Assembly: GCA_021775855.1 (NCBI GenBank)
Contig: JAJFGZ010000036.1
Span: 330 to 64,329, forward strand
DNA length: 64,000 bases
DNA from: Hyphomicrobiales bacterium
GTDB lineage: Bacteria > Pseudomonadota > Alphaproteobacteria > Rhizobiales > NORP267
Direction: 5' to 3'
A program made the translations under genes and the position numbers. Under the pieces are notes generated by a model. The model did not search any database. It was not told the origin of the DNA and saw nothing but the letters and a program-made list of their open reading frames with translations. Of this stretch, positions 9,430-18,715 are shown piece after piece; position 1 is the stretch's first letter; every line of letters begins with the position of its first letter.

Positions 9430-10854
9430 ATGCCGGTTGCGTATCTGAAAAGGGTTCTTGCTATCCAACTGATTTCCGTGTTGGCGTTCATCCTGCTGGC
9501 ATCGGCCAGCACTGCTTACGCGCAAACCCGGACCATCTCTTTTCGCAATATGCACACCAAGGAAGAGCTGACGGTGCAATATATGCGCAACGGTCGGCAC
9601 ATCCCAGACGCCATGCAGAAAATAAATCAAATCCTGCGCGATTGGCGGCGCAATGAGTCGATCCGCATGAACCCCGATCTGATCGATCTAATTTATGAAG
9701 TCCACCAAGCAACTGGGTCCGACGAGCCAGTCAATGTCGTGTCCGGCTATCGTTCTCCAGTAACGAATGCGGCACTGCGCCGCCGCTCGAGCGGGGTTGC
9801 GCGCAGTAGTCAACATATTCTCGGGAATGCCGTCGATCTGTTTTTCCCTGACGTCTCGGTCGCGAAAATCCGGGAAGTGGCCCTTAAATTTGAACAGGGC
9901 GGGGTTGGCTATTATCCAAATTCCGGCCAGCCCTTTGTCCATATCGATGTCGGCCGGGTTCGCCACTGGCCGCGCATGTCACCGCAGCAATTGGCTCGGG
10001 TTTTTCCTGACGGGAATACCCAACACATTCCGTCCAACGGACGGCCCTTGCCGCGCACTGCGCCGTCGACCGAAATCCTGACAGCGTCGGTAGAATCATC
10101 AACGCCCGCCAGATCAACCAACCAACAGATCGTAACGCCAACGCCGGCAGCAGATCCAATCGTGGTCGCCAGTTTGCCCGCCTCCGATAGCGATATCGAC
10201 ACGGCCCGCGCTTTGGGGAGCGAGAACGACGTCACCGCGCTGGCCCAGAATACAGGTGCATTCAGGATAGGCTCCGTATTCGGTCGTGATGCCTCGGCCA
10301 CAAGTCTCGAGGGACCCCCTGCAGGTGAACCCACAGGTCCGGGCGAACCACCTTTCGCAATTAATATCGCCGGGTTGCAAATGCCGGTCGCCCGGCCCAA
10401 TATTTTGGATGCAGGTACCGGACTCTCGACCGAATTCCAGCTTGCCGGCCTGATACCGCCTGTCTCGCGCCCGGATTACATTCCCAACGCTGCTGGCAAT
10501 GTCCCAACGGCGGAACAAGCCGACCCGGTCGGCCAAATCATCCTCGCCTCGCTATCAGAAGACAACCATACCAGCAATGCTAGTGGCAACGGGTTTGGCG
10601 GTACGCAATATCACGGCGCGCAGCTGGATTATCGCCAACCGGTGGTAAACGACCTGGTAACCACCAATCGTGCCGAGGGAATGAGCTTCGCCTCCTTTAC
10701 CGCACCCAACCCGGAAAATCTGCGTGATCTGACAACGATTGGAACAGGGGCCATCGCGCTTTCGTTCACGGATGGACGGCTTGGCAACGCCGCAGCGAAC
10801 CGCGCATTTGAAGGCCCTGCCGTACGCGCCCTGCAGGTCGCTTTCGCGAGCTGA
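9430..10854 (+). CDS. DUF882 / peptidase M15A family protein (MepK/YcbK-like) with a long low-complexity C-terminal extension
   Basis: ORF 9349..10854, with a likely start at MPVAYLKRVL (9430) followed by a signal peptide. Conserved DUF882 core: VSGYRSPVTNAALRRRSSGVARSSQHILGNAVDLFFPD...FVHIDVGRVRHW. About 250 aa of P/A/S/T/G-rich sequence follow. Confidence 0.85.
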   Translation: MPVAYLKRVLAIQLISVLAFILLASASTAYAQTRTISFRNMHTKEELTVQYMRNGRHIPDAMQKINQILRDWRRNESIRMNPDLIDLIYEVHQATGSDEPVNVVSGYRSPVTNAALRRRSSGVARSSQHILGNAVDLFFPDVSVAKIREVALKFEQGGVGYYPNSGQPFVHIDVGRVRHWPRMSPQQLARVFPDGNTQHIPSNGRPLPRTAPSTEILTASVESSTPARSTNQQIVTPTPAADPIVVASLPASDSDIDTARALGSENDVTALAQNTGAFRIGSVFGRDASATSLEGPPAGEPTGPGEPPFAINIAGLQMPVARPNILDAGTGLSTEFQLAGLIPPVSRPDYIPNAAGNVPTAEQADPVGQIILASLSEDNHTSNASGNGFGGTQYHGAQLDYRQPVVNDLVTTNRAEGMSFASFTAPNPENLRDLTTIGTGAIALSFTDGRLGNAAANRAFEGPAVRALQVAFAS

Positions 10855-10873
10855 CCAATTTTAATGGCTAAAA

Positions 10874-11131
10874 TTATTCGTCCGGCGCGATCATGCCGAG
10901 GGCGTGCATATAAGTATCGAGCAATGCCTGCTGTTCGTAGCGTTCCGAATTGTCCTGCTTGCGCAATCGGACCACGGAGCGCAACGTCTTGACGTCGAAC
11001 CCGGTCCCTTTCGCTTCAGCGTAGACTTCACGGATATCGGCGAGAAGCGCGGCCTTTTCCTCTTCCAACCGCTCGATCCGCTCGATAAATACGCGCAAAT
11101 GATCGCGCGCTACTCCTTGCACGTCTGTCAT
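10874..11131 (-). CDS. gapR: DUF2312 / GapR-type nucleoid-associated protein
   Basis: 85 aa. [47 protein letters not shown] is the hallmark UPF0335/DUF2312 sequence. Confidence 0.88.
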   Translation of the reverse strand: MTDVQGVARDHLRVFIERIERLEEEKAALLADIREVYAEAKGTGFDVKTLRSVVRLRKQDNSERYEQQALLDTYMHALGMIAPDE

Positions 11132-11161
11132 ATCTGGAACCTTTAATCCTGTGGCTGTTGG

Positions 11162-11461
11162 TCAGTTGGCAGTTTCAGCGGCTTCAAAAGCCTCTTTCTG
11201 CGCCGGCGATGCTTCAGTCTGGTGTCGGGTCTTCCACTCGCTGTATGGCATGCCGTAGACGATCTCCCGGGCATCTTCTTTCGTGAGTTCAATGCCTTTT
11301 TCGTCCGCCGCTTCCTGATACCAGCGTGACAGGCAATTGCGGCAGAAGCCGCCAAGGATCATCAAATCGATATTCTGCACATCCGTTCGCTCGCGCAGAT
11401 GCGAAACGAGCCTGCGAAATGCAGCGGCTTCAAGTTCGGTTTTGTTGTCGACGTCACTCAT
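11162..11461 (-). CDS. DUF1244 family protein
   Basis: 99 aa. AAAFRRLVSHLRERTDVQNIDLMILGGFCRNCLSRWY matches the conserved DUF1244 core. Confidence 0.8.
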   Translation of the reverse strand: MSDVDNKTELEAAAFRRLVSHLRERTDVQNIDLMILGGFCRNCLSRWYQEAADEKGIELTKEDAREIVYGMPYSEWKTRHQTEASPAQKEAFEAAETAN

Positions 11462-11500
11462 ACCTTGTCCTCAATTTAAATTGTCTCGTATTGAATCCTG

Positions 11501-12337
11501 TCAGACATCCGACCGGGACCCGAACTTGACCACTTCGTGCAAACCGTCCAGCGTCATAAGTTGCTCCATAATCCCGGCTAGCCGGTCCGCCCATTCCTCG
11601 ACGCCTCCGGGCGTGGTTATCAGGTCCTGGCGTACCTCGACCAGCGCGTGGGCGATTCCCGCCCTGGTCCCGTGCCGGTTCATGGTATCACCGGCCAGGC
11701 TGCCAATGTACGGCTCGTTGTCACCAACCTCCAGATTTTCTTGGGCCCGCAGCGCGTCAATCAAGGGGACCGCAAGACGCGGATCCTTGTCCCACAAAAT
11801 TCCGATGTGCCATGGCCGGTCGTTGCCGCGCCAAGAATGGGTAAAGCTGTGGATCGACAGAATAAGCGGCATACACCCGGCGGCCGTCATTTCAGCAATC
11901 TTTCGTTCGATCGCTGCATGGTAGGGCCGATGATAGGCGTTGAGCCTGTGTTCCCGCTCGCGTTCGTCCAGGCCGGCGTTTCCGTGTACCACCACACGGT
12001 CCGATATCCGCATCACCAGGGTCGGGTCGTCCTCGCCCCGGTTGGGATCGATCAGCAATCTTGAAAAACGGGTCAGCAGGGCCGGTGCATTGAGCCTGGC
12101 AGCCAGACTACGCGTCAACGGCCCCGCGCCTATATCGCAGGCGATGTGCCGCGCCCTGGCTTCACCACCCACGCCCAGATCACCATATTCTGCTGGGATA
12201 TCGGCCACTGCGTGATCGCACAAAAGCAGTAATCCGGCAGCGTCATCGCCGGCAATCGCCTCGACCGGATCGACCGCCTCGTCGGCGTGCCCGGAATCGC
12301 GCGCGATTGAAACTTGCGTGGCTGTATCCTTCAACAT
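11501..12337 (-). CDS. N-formylglutamate amidohydrolase family protein (paralog 1)
   Basis: ORF 11501..12400, whose start at 12400 is a TTG. The first ATG is MLKDTAT at 12337. FGase-family blocks: LLLLCDHAVADIP...LLIDPNRGEDD...ILSIHSFT. The start is uncertain. Confidence 0.8.
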   Translation of the reverse strand: MLKDTATQVSIARDSGHADEAVDPVEAIAGDDAAGLLLLCDHAVADIPAEYGDLGVGGEARARHIACDIGAGPLTRSLAARLNAPALLTRFSRLLIDPNRGEDDPTLVMRISDRVVVHGNAGLDEREREHRLNAYHRPYHAAIERKIAEMTAAGCMPLILSIHSFTHSWRGNDRPWHIGILWDKDPRLAVPLIDALRAQENLEVGDNEPYIGSLAGDTMNRHGTRAGIAHALVEVRQDLITTPGGVEEWADRLAGIMEQLMTLDGLHEVVKFGSRSDV

Positions 12338-12412
12338 AAAGCTGATTTGCCCGGGTTTATAATTTGCTAGACCAGCCCAAACGGACCGGTCCGTTTTCAA
12401 ACCATATGTAGG

Positions 12413-13720
12413 ATGTCAGGTAAAGTCACAACCATGCGCAATCCGGCAGATTTTTTAAGAGATTTGTTTGATACAGCCGTTACGGCGGCCCAGCCGGCCA
12501 ACTGCCTGCCGCCGGCATTGCCCGAATTTCCTGAAAACGGGGATCTGATTGTTTTGGCAGCCGGGAAAGCAGCTGCCGCCATGGCGAGAACAGCTATCAA
12601 CCATTACCTGCATGGCAATCCTGACAACGTTTCCCGAATCCGGGGATTGGTGACCACACGGCACGGCTACGGGTTGGATACACGCCCGCTCGATCTGATC
12701 GAAGCCGGACACCCGGTGCCTGACGATTCCAGTATCCGGGCAGCCCACAAATCGCTGGAGATTGCCCGATCGGCAAAGCCCGGCGATCTGGTTCTGGTGC
12801 TCTTGTCGGGCGGTGGGTCGGCGCTCTGGTCGGCCCCCACACCGCCGCTTGATCTTGCCGGCAAACAGGCCATCACAAAGAGCCTGCTCCGGTCCGGCGC
12901 GACCATCTCGGAGATCAACATCGTCCGCCGGCACCTCTCCGACATCAAGGGCGGCAGGTTGGCGAGCGCCGTTGCGAATCGAGTGCCTGTCGTGACAATT
13001 GCCATTTCAGACGTTCCCGGTGACGATCCCGCCGCTATCGCGTCCGGCCCAACCGTCGCGGATCCCACCACCGGCGCGCAGGCGCTTTCGATATGCGACC
13101 GACTCGGCATTGAAATTTCGAACGCGGTCCGGAAGAGCCTCGAAAAAGACACGATTTCGTCAAGAATATCAAAGGACAACGAATTCCGCCTTGCCGCAAC
13201 CCCGGCGCTCGCGCTTGAAGCTGCCGCGGCAAAAGCCCGTGAAGCAGGATTCATTGTCACCAATATCGGCGATGCGCTGGAGGGAGAGGCCCGAGACCGT
13301 GCCCACGAACACGCACAAAAAGCGCTTGAATTGGCCCAATCAAGTAACCCCGCCATGTTGATATCTGGCGGCGAATTGACCGTGACGATCCATGGCAACG
13401 GCCAGGGCGGTCCAAATCAGGAATACGCTTTGGCACTCGCAATGGCGCTCAACGGGCACCCGGATATCGAGGCGATTGCGTGCGATACAGACGGCGCCGA
13501 TGGCGGCTCGGGGGCCGCCAACGACCCTGCCGGGGCGATCATCGGCCCTGATACTTTGCTGCGCGCAAATGCCGCTGGCATCGACCCGGAGGATCACTTG
13601 ACCCGCAACGATTCCACAAGTTTTTTCAAGGCATTAGGCGACTCGGTCGTCACCGGCCCGACATATACAAATGTTAACGATTTTCGCGCAATCATGGTAA
13701 ACAGAAAATTGCCGGTTTGA
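12413..13720 (+). CDS. Glycerate 2-kinase / hydroxypyruvate reductase family (DUF4147 + MOFRL, TtuD-like)
   Basis: 435 aa. LVLLSGGGSALW..., ...RRHLSDIKGGRLA... and a C-terminal MOFRL block (ISGGELTVTIHGNGQGGPNQEYALA...DTDGADG). An alternative start lies at 12434. Confidence 0.88.
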   Translation: MSGKVTTMRNPADFLRDLFDTAVTAAQPANCLPPALPEFPENGDLIVLAAGKAAAAMARTAINHYLHGNPDNVSRIRGLVTTRHGYGLDTRPLDLIEAGHPVPDDSSIRAAHKSLEIARSAKPGDLVLVLLSGGGSALWSAPTPPLDLAGKQAITKSLLRSGATISEINIVRRHLSDIKGGRLASAVANRVPVVTIAISDVPGDDPAAIASGPTVADPTTGAQALSICDRLGIEISNAVRKSLEKDTISSRISKDNEFRLAATPALALEAAAAKAREAGFIVTNIGDALEGEARDRAHEHAQKALELAQSSNPAMLISGGELTVTIHGNGQGGPNQEYALALAMALNGHPDIEAIACDTDGADGGSGAANDPAGAIIGPDTLLRANAAGIDPEDHLTRNDSTSFFKALGDSVVTGPTYTNVNDFRAIMVNRKLPV

Positions 13721-13756
13721 TTTACCAGCGCGAATTCCTGTCTTTGGGGTGCAAAC

Positions 13757-14269
13757 GTGTATCTAGCCAGTTCGGATAAACCCAGTTTCTCGAGCCCGCG
13801 TAGGCGAGGCAAAGCGGCTGTCTTGCGCCAGTTGTTGACCTTCGGCCTGCCGATTGCGCTTCTCTCTCTGTCGATCCCAGTGATTGGTGCTGGCACCGCC
13901 CGCGCTGATCTGCAGGTTTGCAACCAGACCGACAGCCAGGTCGGTATCGCTGTCGGTTATAAGGGCCAGGACGGCTGGATTACCGAAGGTTGGTGGAACC
14001 TCACGCCCAAAGGCTGTGAAGTCCTGCTTTCCGGTCCCCTCGTTGCCCGCTATTATTATATTTACGGTGTCGACTATGACCTCGGCGGAGAATGGACAGG
14101 CACCTCCTTCATGTGCACCCGTGATCAGGAATTCACGATTGCCGGGACAGAGAACTGCGTTGCTCAGGGCAACGAATTGACCGGGTTTCTTGAAATCGAC
14201 ACCGGCAGCGAACGCCAATGGACCGTGCAACTGACGGAACCGACCGAACAGGGTATCGGCGGTCGATGA
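13757..14269 (+). CDS. DUF1036 family secreted protein
   Basis: 170 aa with a GTG start and a signal peptide ending ...GTARA. The mature part, DLQVCNQTDSQVGIAVGY...GWITEGWWNLTPKGC...RYYYIYG, is characteristic of DUF1036. Its stop overlaps the pyk start (ATGA). Confidence 0.78.
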   Translation: MYLASSDKPSFSSPRRRGKAAVLRQLLTFGLPIALLSLSIPVIGAGTARADLQVCNQTDSQVGIAVGYKGQDGWITEGWWNLTPKGCEVLLSGPLVARYYYIYGVDYDLGGEWTGTSFMCTRDQEFTIAGTENCVAQGNELTGFLEIDTGSERQWTVQLTEPTEQGIGGR

Positions 14270-15702
14270 CGCGTGTCAGATGCGTAAAAATTGTAGCCAC
14301 ACTCGGTCCCGCCTCTTCCACCCCAGATAAGATCAAGGCCCTGTTTGACGCAGGCGTGGATACATTCCGCATCAACATGAGCCATACCCCCCATGGCGAG
14401 CTGAAGCGGCTCGTCCAGGAAATCCGTGCGGTGGAAACGGTCGCGGGCCAGATGATCGCTATTCTGGTGGATCTCCAGGGCCCAAAATTCCGCGTCGGAG
14501 AAATTGCTGGCGAGGGAATCGAGTTGGAAAACGGCCATTCTTTTATACTGGATGAAAGCCCCGAACCGGGCGACCAAAGCCGCGTCCACCTGCCCCACTC
14601 CAATATTTTCGATGCCGTTCGCGATGGTGACAACCTGCTCCTCGACGACGGCAAGATCAGGTTGATCGTCACCGAGACCGGTAAATCCCAGATCAAAACT
14701 GAAATCCTTGTGGGCGGTACCCTGTCGTCCCGCAAGGGCGTCAGTCTGCCTGATACGGTCGTACCGGTTCCGGCACTAACGGAGAAAGACCGCCGCGATC
14801 TGGATTACTCGCTCGGACTTGACATCGACTGGATCGCGCTCTCCTTTGTTCAGCGCGCTGACGATGTCTCGGAGACAAAAAAGATCTGTCAGGGCCGGGC
14901 CGCCGTCATGGCGAAGATCGAGAAGCCCGCCGCCGTCGACGCACTCGACGAAATTCTCGAAGTGGCCGACGGGATCATGGTGGCGCGCGGCGATCTTGGC
15001 GTGGAGTTGCCGGTCGAGCAGGTGCCTGGCCTGCAGAAACAAATGGTGCTGGCGTGCCGCCAGGCCGGCAAACCGGTTGTGATCGCGACCCAGATGCTCG
15101 AATCCATGATCTCCTCACCTGTACCCACACGGGCCGAAGTGTCGGACGTGGCGACAGCCATTTTCGATGGCGCCGATGCGATCATGCTGTCGGCCGAATC
15201 AGCTGTTGGCGAATTTCCGGAAGAAGCGATCGCCACAATGGGGCGAATCGCGATCGAAGTCGAAAACGACCCCACCTACCGGTCCGCGATCCTGAGCCAC
15301 AATATCGAACCGCTGGCGACCGGCGCCGACGCCATCAGCGCCGCGCTCCACCAGATTTCCGACACGCTCAATCTGGCGGCGATTGTTTGCTACACGTCGT
15401 CCGGCACTACGGGCGTCCGCGCGGCCCGTGAACGCCCCGCCAAGCCCCTGATCGCCCTGACGCCTAGGATCGATACCGGTCGCCGGCTGGCGCTGGTATG
15501 GGGGCTGCATTGCGTACTGACAGACGACGCCGACAATCTCGATGATATGGTGGATCGGGCCTGCCGGATTTCTTTCCAGGAAAAGTTCGCCAAGCCGGGC
15601 CAGCGGATCATTATTTCGGCCGGCATGCCGTTCGGGACACCGGGCGCTACAAATATCCTGCGCATCGCATTTGTCGGGGATGATGGCCTAGGCGGGTTTT
15701 AG
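14266..15702 (+). CDS. pyk: Pyruvate kinase
   Basis: ORF 14218..15702, with a likely start at MTRVRCVKIVATLGPASS (14266). Canonical PK motifs: FRINMSHT and IMVARGDLGVELP. Confidence 0.95.
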   Translation: MTRVRCVKIVATLGPASSTPDKIKALFDAGVDTFRINMSHTPHGELKRLVQEIRAVETVAGQMIAILVDLQGPKFRVGEIAGEGIELENGHSFILDESPEPGDQSRVHLPHSNIFDAVRDGDNLLLDDGKIRLIVTETGKSQIKTEILVGGTLSSRKGVSLPDTVVPVPALTEKDRRDLDYSLGLDIDWIALSFVQRADDVSETKKICQGRAAVMAKIEKPAAVDALDEILEVADGIMVARGDLGVELPVEQVPGLQKQMVLACRQAGKPVVIATQMLESMISSPVPTRAEVSDVATAIFDGADAIMLSAESAVGEFPEEAIATMGRIAIEVENDPTYRSAILSHNIEPLATGADAISAALHQISDTLNLAAIVCYTSSGTTGVRAARERPAKPLIALTPRIDTGRRLALVWGLHCVLTDDADNLDDMVDRACRISFQEKFAKPGQRIIISAGMPFGTPGATNILRIAFVGDDGLGGF

Positions 15703-15723
15703 GGCCTGCGATAAATCGCAAGT

Positions 15724-16362
15724 CTAGATCCCCTGCCCTTCTACTTCCAGTTCGAGTTGCTCTACGGATTGGCGGGCATTTTCGAGAAATGGATGGACAT
15801 CCAGCGCCATGCGAAAGGCCTGCAGCGCGCCAGCCTTGTTGCCGATCTCCAGCAGGATCAATCCGAGCCCGCTCAATGCACCGAAATGACGCGGCTGCAG
15901 CTCCAGCGTTCGCTCCACATCTTCGAGAGAGCGGCCATAGTCTTTCAACAGGTAAAGCACGGTCGCGCGTTTGTTCCAGGCTTCCGGATAATCGGGAGCC
16001 AGATCTACCATTGCATTACTGAAATCGAGCGCCAGCGGCAGGTCTCCTTGCTGCATCGCCACGACCGTGCGCGCCATCAGCAGGTTGATGGTATCGCTTC
16101 CCGAATCCAACCATGCCCGGATGATGGTTTCTTCGAGAAAGCTGGCGGTCGCCTCGTCTTCGGATTGCTGCAACCGGTCGAGCAGCGAATCAACCACCTC
16201 TGCGCCGGAGCGAACCTCAGCCTCTTCACCTTTTTCACCGCTATCGCCCGTTTGCCCACGCACAATGCCCGCCGGCGCCAACAGCAGACCAGCTACCAAC
16301 AGACCAGCGACGAGTTTGGAATGCCCGAAGAAATGCACCATGACGTGATAATGACGCGGCAT
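15724..16362 (-). CDS. Tetratricopeptide-repeat protein with an N-terminal signal/anchor
   Basis: 212 aa. N-terminal hydrophobic segment LVAGLLVAGLLLAPAG. TPR-like helices (AWNKRATVLYLLKDYGRSLEDVERTLELQPRHFGALSGLGLILLEIGNKAGALQAF). Confidence 0.75.
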   Translation of the reverse strand: MPRHYHVMVHFFGHSKLVAGLLVAGLLLAPAGIVRGQTGDSGEKGEEAEVRSGAEVVDSLLDRLQQSEDEATASFLEETIIRAWLDSGSDTINLLMARTVVAMQQGDLPLALDFSNAMVDLAPDYPEAWNKRATVLYLLKDYGRSLEDVERTLELQPRHFGALSGLGLILLEIGNKAGALQAFRMALDVHPFLENARQSVEQLELEVEGQGI

Positions 16363-16422
16363 CCCGGTCAGGTCAAAGCAAACCCGCGATGGGCGCGCGT
16401 AAACTTAACGTGAAAAAGGAAT

Positions 16423-16548
16423 CTAACCCTGACGCGCCTTGAAGCGGCGGTTGGTCTTGTTGATCACATAGACGCGGCCACGGCGGCGGACAAGGCGGTT
16501 GTCGCGGTGGCGACCACGCAGGGATTTGAGCGAGTTCTTGACTTTCAT
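16423..16548 (-). CDS. rpmJ: 50S ribosomal protein L36
   Basis: Below the ORF-track size cutoff. My reverse translation gives [41 protein letters not shown] (41 aa), the alphaproteobacterial L36 type, ending at TAG. Confidence 0.9.
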   Translation of the reverse strand: MKVKNSLKSLRGRHRDNRLVRRRGRVYVINKTNRRFKARQG

Positions 16549-16607
16549 TTTATATCACCAAATCCTGTCCAGTTCCGTTCATGGAACTCAATCTGTCAGC
16601 GGCGCGG

Positions 16608-16636
16608 ACCATAGGTCCGGCACCAATCCGTGTCAA
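16608..16636 (-). promoter_or_regulatory. Candidate sigma-70 promoter for rpmJ
   Basis: The minus strand reads TTGACA-N17-TATGGT about 60 nt upstream of the rpmJ ATG. Confidence 0.4.
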
Positions 16637-16724
16637 TAGCGCAGTCCTGTTTCCAGCCCATCAGACATACACGAATTCCACGCTCCAGGAGTGAAAGTCG
16701 ACACAGCACACTACGCCATCGCAT

Positions 16725-17699
16725 TCAGGTGAGGATAACAATTTTTCCGCCCGCCCGATTCTCTTCCATACAGGCATGAGCCTCGACAATCTGGTCGAAA
16801 GAAAACACCTGACCGATCTGGGGCTGCAGCGCGCCTTTTTCGATTTGCCGGACAAGATCCTGCAGCGGGGTGCGGAGAAAATCATCCGCGCCGCCGCCAT
16901 AGGTCGTCAGGCTGACACCCGTCGGAATAGTCACCATTGGAATGAATTCCCGCAACGTCCATTGGCCACCGACCATTCCGGTCATGCACACGATTCCCCC
17001 GGACCTGGTGCATTGGAGAGAATCGGGAAGCGTGGTGGCCCCAACAAGCTCCAGAACCTTGTCGACACCGGACGGAAAGACTTCTTTGACCTGGCTCGCA
17101 ATTTCCCCGGTATCGATGAAGACTTGGTCGGCGCCGTTGTCCTGCAAAAGTGTTTCGCGCTCGGGTTTGCGGGTTGTCGCGGCTACAATCGCGCCGAAGT
17201 TTTTGGCGATCATCGCCGCCGCCAAACCGACGGATGTTGTCCCTCCGCGGATCAAAATCCGCTCGCCCTTTTCGAGGCGCAGGGACTTGAAGAGCGACCC
17301 CCAGGCCGTTTGCAGCATTTGCGGAATTGCGCCGAGAATTTCCCAGGACAAATCGGTTTCGAGTTTGTGCAGAACATTGGCCGGGACGCAGGCGAATTCG
17401 GCATAGCTGCCATCGAACGACCGGCCCATGCCGCTCATGGAAGTGGCGACAATATCGCCGATTTCAAATTCCGCGGATGGTACCGCTTCCACAACCCCCA
17501 CGGCTTCGATGCCAAGGATACGCGGGAACGTTCCGCCAGGCATCGGGGTATTACCCTGCCGGGCAAACATCTCTGACCGGTTGAGACCAAAGGCCTTGAT
17601 CCGAATCAGCACTTGACCCTCTTCCGGGACGGGAACCGGGCGGTCTTCAATTTTGAGAACCTCCGGTCCACCGGTTTCGTGGATAACGATAGCCTTCAT
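16725..17699 (-). CDS. Zinc-type alcohol dehydrogenase / NADPH:quinone oxidoreductase family (MDR)
   Basis: ORF 16725..17717, with a likely start at [15 protein letters not shown] (17699). GroES-like N-domain and a Rossmann block [25 protein letters not shown]. Confidence 0.88.
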   Translation of the reverse strand: MKAIVIHETGGPEVLKIEDRPVPVPEEGQVLIRIKAFGLNRSEMFARQGNTPMPGGTFPRILGIEAVGVVEAVPSAEFEIGDIVATSMSGMGRSFDGSYAEFACVPANVLHKLETDLSWEILGAIPQMLQTAWGSLFKSLRLEKGERILIRGGTTSVGLAAAMIAKNFGAIVAATTRKPERETLLQDNGADQVFIDTGEIASQVKEVFPSGVDKVLELVGATTLPDSLQCTRSGGIVCMTGMVGGQWTLREFIPMVTIPTGVSLTTYGGGADDFLRTPLQDLVRQIEKGALQPQIGQVFSFDQIVEAHACMEENRAGGKIVILT

Positions 17700-17713
17700 C
17701 GAGCGGCCCATTT

Positions 17714-18115
17714 TCACGCGCCTTTCCGGGCCGCCAGAAATTGATCCACGCTAAAGTCCGGAGCGCCCTCCTTGGCGAGCAGGAGAAACCCGCCGGCCAT
17801 GGCGACATTTTTCAGGAACGCGAGCAACTGGCTTTGATCGCTGAAATCTGCATGGAAAATTACTGCCGTAACAATCGAGAACACAGCCAGCAAAACGGCA
17901 ATGTGTTGCGTCTTGAAGCCAACCAGCAAGGCAAGCCCGGAGCCCAGTTCGAAGACAATTACAGGCACCAGCAATATACCGGGCAGACCGAAAGCCTCCA
18001 TATATCCCAACGTTGCACTATAGGCTCCGATCTTGCCGGCTCCCGACAGAATGAAGATAATGGACATCAATGTCCGCGCCGGGACATCGACCAGTTTCAT
18101 GAATTGATCACGCAT
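17714..18115 (-). CDS. DoxX family membrane protein
   Basis: Only the C-terminal 133 aa of ORF 17714..18448 are credible. They start at [29 protein letters not shown], with ATG at 18115, and contain four hydrophobic helices. The upstream part of the ORF overlaps the neighbouring gene in another frame. Confidence 0.82.
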   Translation of the reverse strand: MRDQFMKLVDVPARTLMSIIFILSGAGKIGAYSATLGYMEAFGLPGILLVPVIVFELGSGLALLVGFKTQHIAVLLAVFSIVTAVIFHADFSDQSQLLAFLKNVAMAGGFLLLAKEGAPDFSVDQFLAARKGA

Positions 18116-18125
18116 GATGGCACTC

Positions 18126-18602
18126 CTATCGCCGAGCCGGATTGGTTGTTGAAAAGATGTACCGGGCGATCCGCCAATCTCCATCTTCCTGTTTTTGAAA
18201 TACAAAAAGCTCCTGGTTGGCCTCCGGTGCCTTGTCGCCTGTCGCATTAATGGTGACGACACCTTCAGACCGGGTCCTGGCCAAAGCCCATTGCGGTGCC
18301 AGCTGGAGGACCTCATCGACGGTGAAACTGATGTCGAGCTTGATGGTTTGAAACACCCCGTCATAAGCCGCGCGAATAGCCTCGGCGCCAACAAATGGCG
18401 TGCTGTTTTGCGGCATGAAGACCCCGTCATCGGCATAAAGCAACACAACGGAATCGGTATTCGCGGTGTTCAACGCTGTCTCGTATGAGGATAAAATATT
18501 CTCGATGCTTGCGCGATCAGTGTCGACATCAGCGGTGGCGATGCTTGTGGAGAGGGCAATGGCGCCCGCGGCAGCAACGATTGGCCTGGTTAGTTTTTTC
18601 AT
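18126..18602 (-). CDS. Secreted NTF2-like protein (SnoaL/DUF4440-like)
   Basis: Likely start MKKLTRPIVAAAGAIALSTSIATA (signal peptide). This is followed by IENILSSYETALNTANTDSVVLLYADDGVFMP...DGDWRIARYIFS, typical of the DUF4440/YybH fold. Confidence 0.75.
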   Translation of the reverse strand: MKKLTRPIVAAAGAIALSTSIATADVDTDRASIENILSSYETALNTANTDSVVLLYADDGVFMPQNSTPFVGAEAIRAAYDGVFQTIKLDISFTVDEVLQLAPQWALARTRSEGVVTINATGDKAPEANQELFVFQKQEDGDWRIARYIFSTTNPARR

Positions 18603-18695
18603 GAACTTTCTCACTTGCCATGGTGGATTCAACGACGTCCCGTCAATTTAGAGATTTCCATTTTTGGGATTAGATGCTATTTTTCGAAATTACTT

Positions 18696-18709
18696 TTCCA
18701 AATTTGGAA
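18696..18709. promoter_or_regulatory. Perfect 14-bp palindrome TTCCAAATTTGGAA containing a T-N11-A LysR-type box
   Basis: Seen in the divergent region between the LysR gene (start 18716) and the NTF2/DoxX/oxidoreductase operon (start 18602). Confidence 0.4.
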
Positions 18710-18715
18710 TAATAA

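Noticed and set aside
17714-18448. N-terminal extensions offered by the ORF track as real longer proteins. These are 17714..18448, 48301..49005, 38205..38708, 30661..35466, 3836..5812 and 28526..30568.
   Set aside because: The extended parts overlap the adjacent gene or the intergenic region and are compositionally aberrant (Arg/Cys/Trp-rich). Internal ATGs with Shine-Dalgarno sequences give N-termini that match the respective families.
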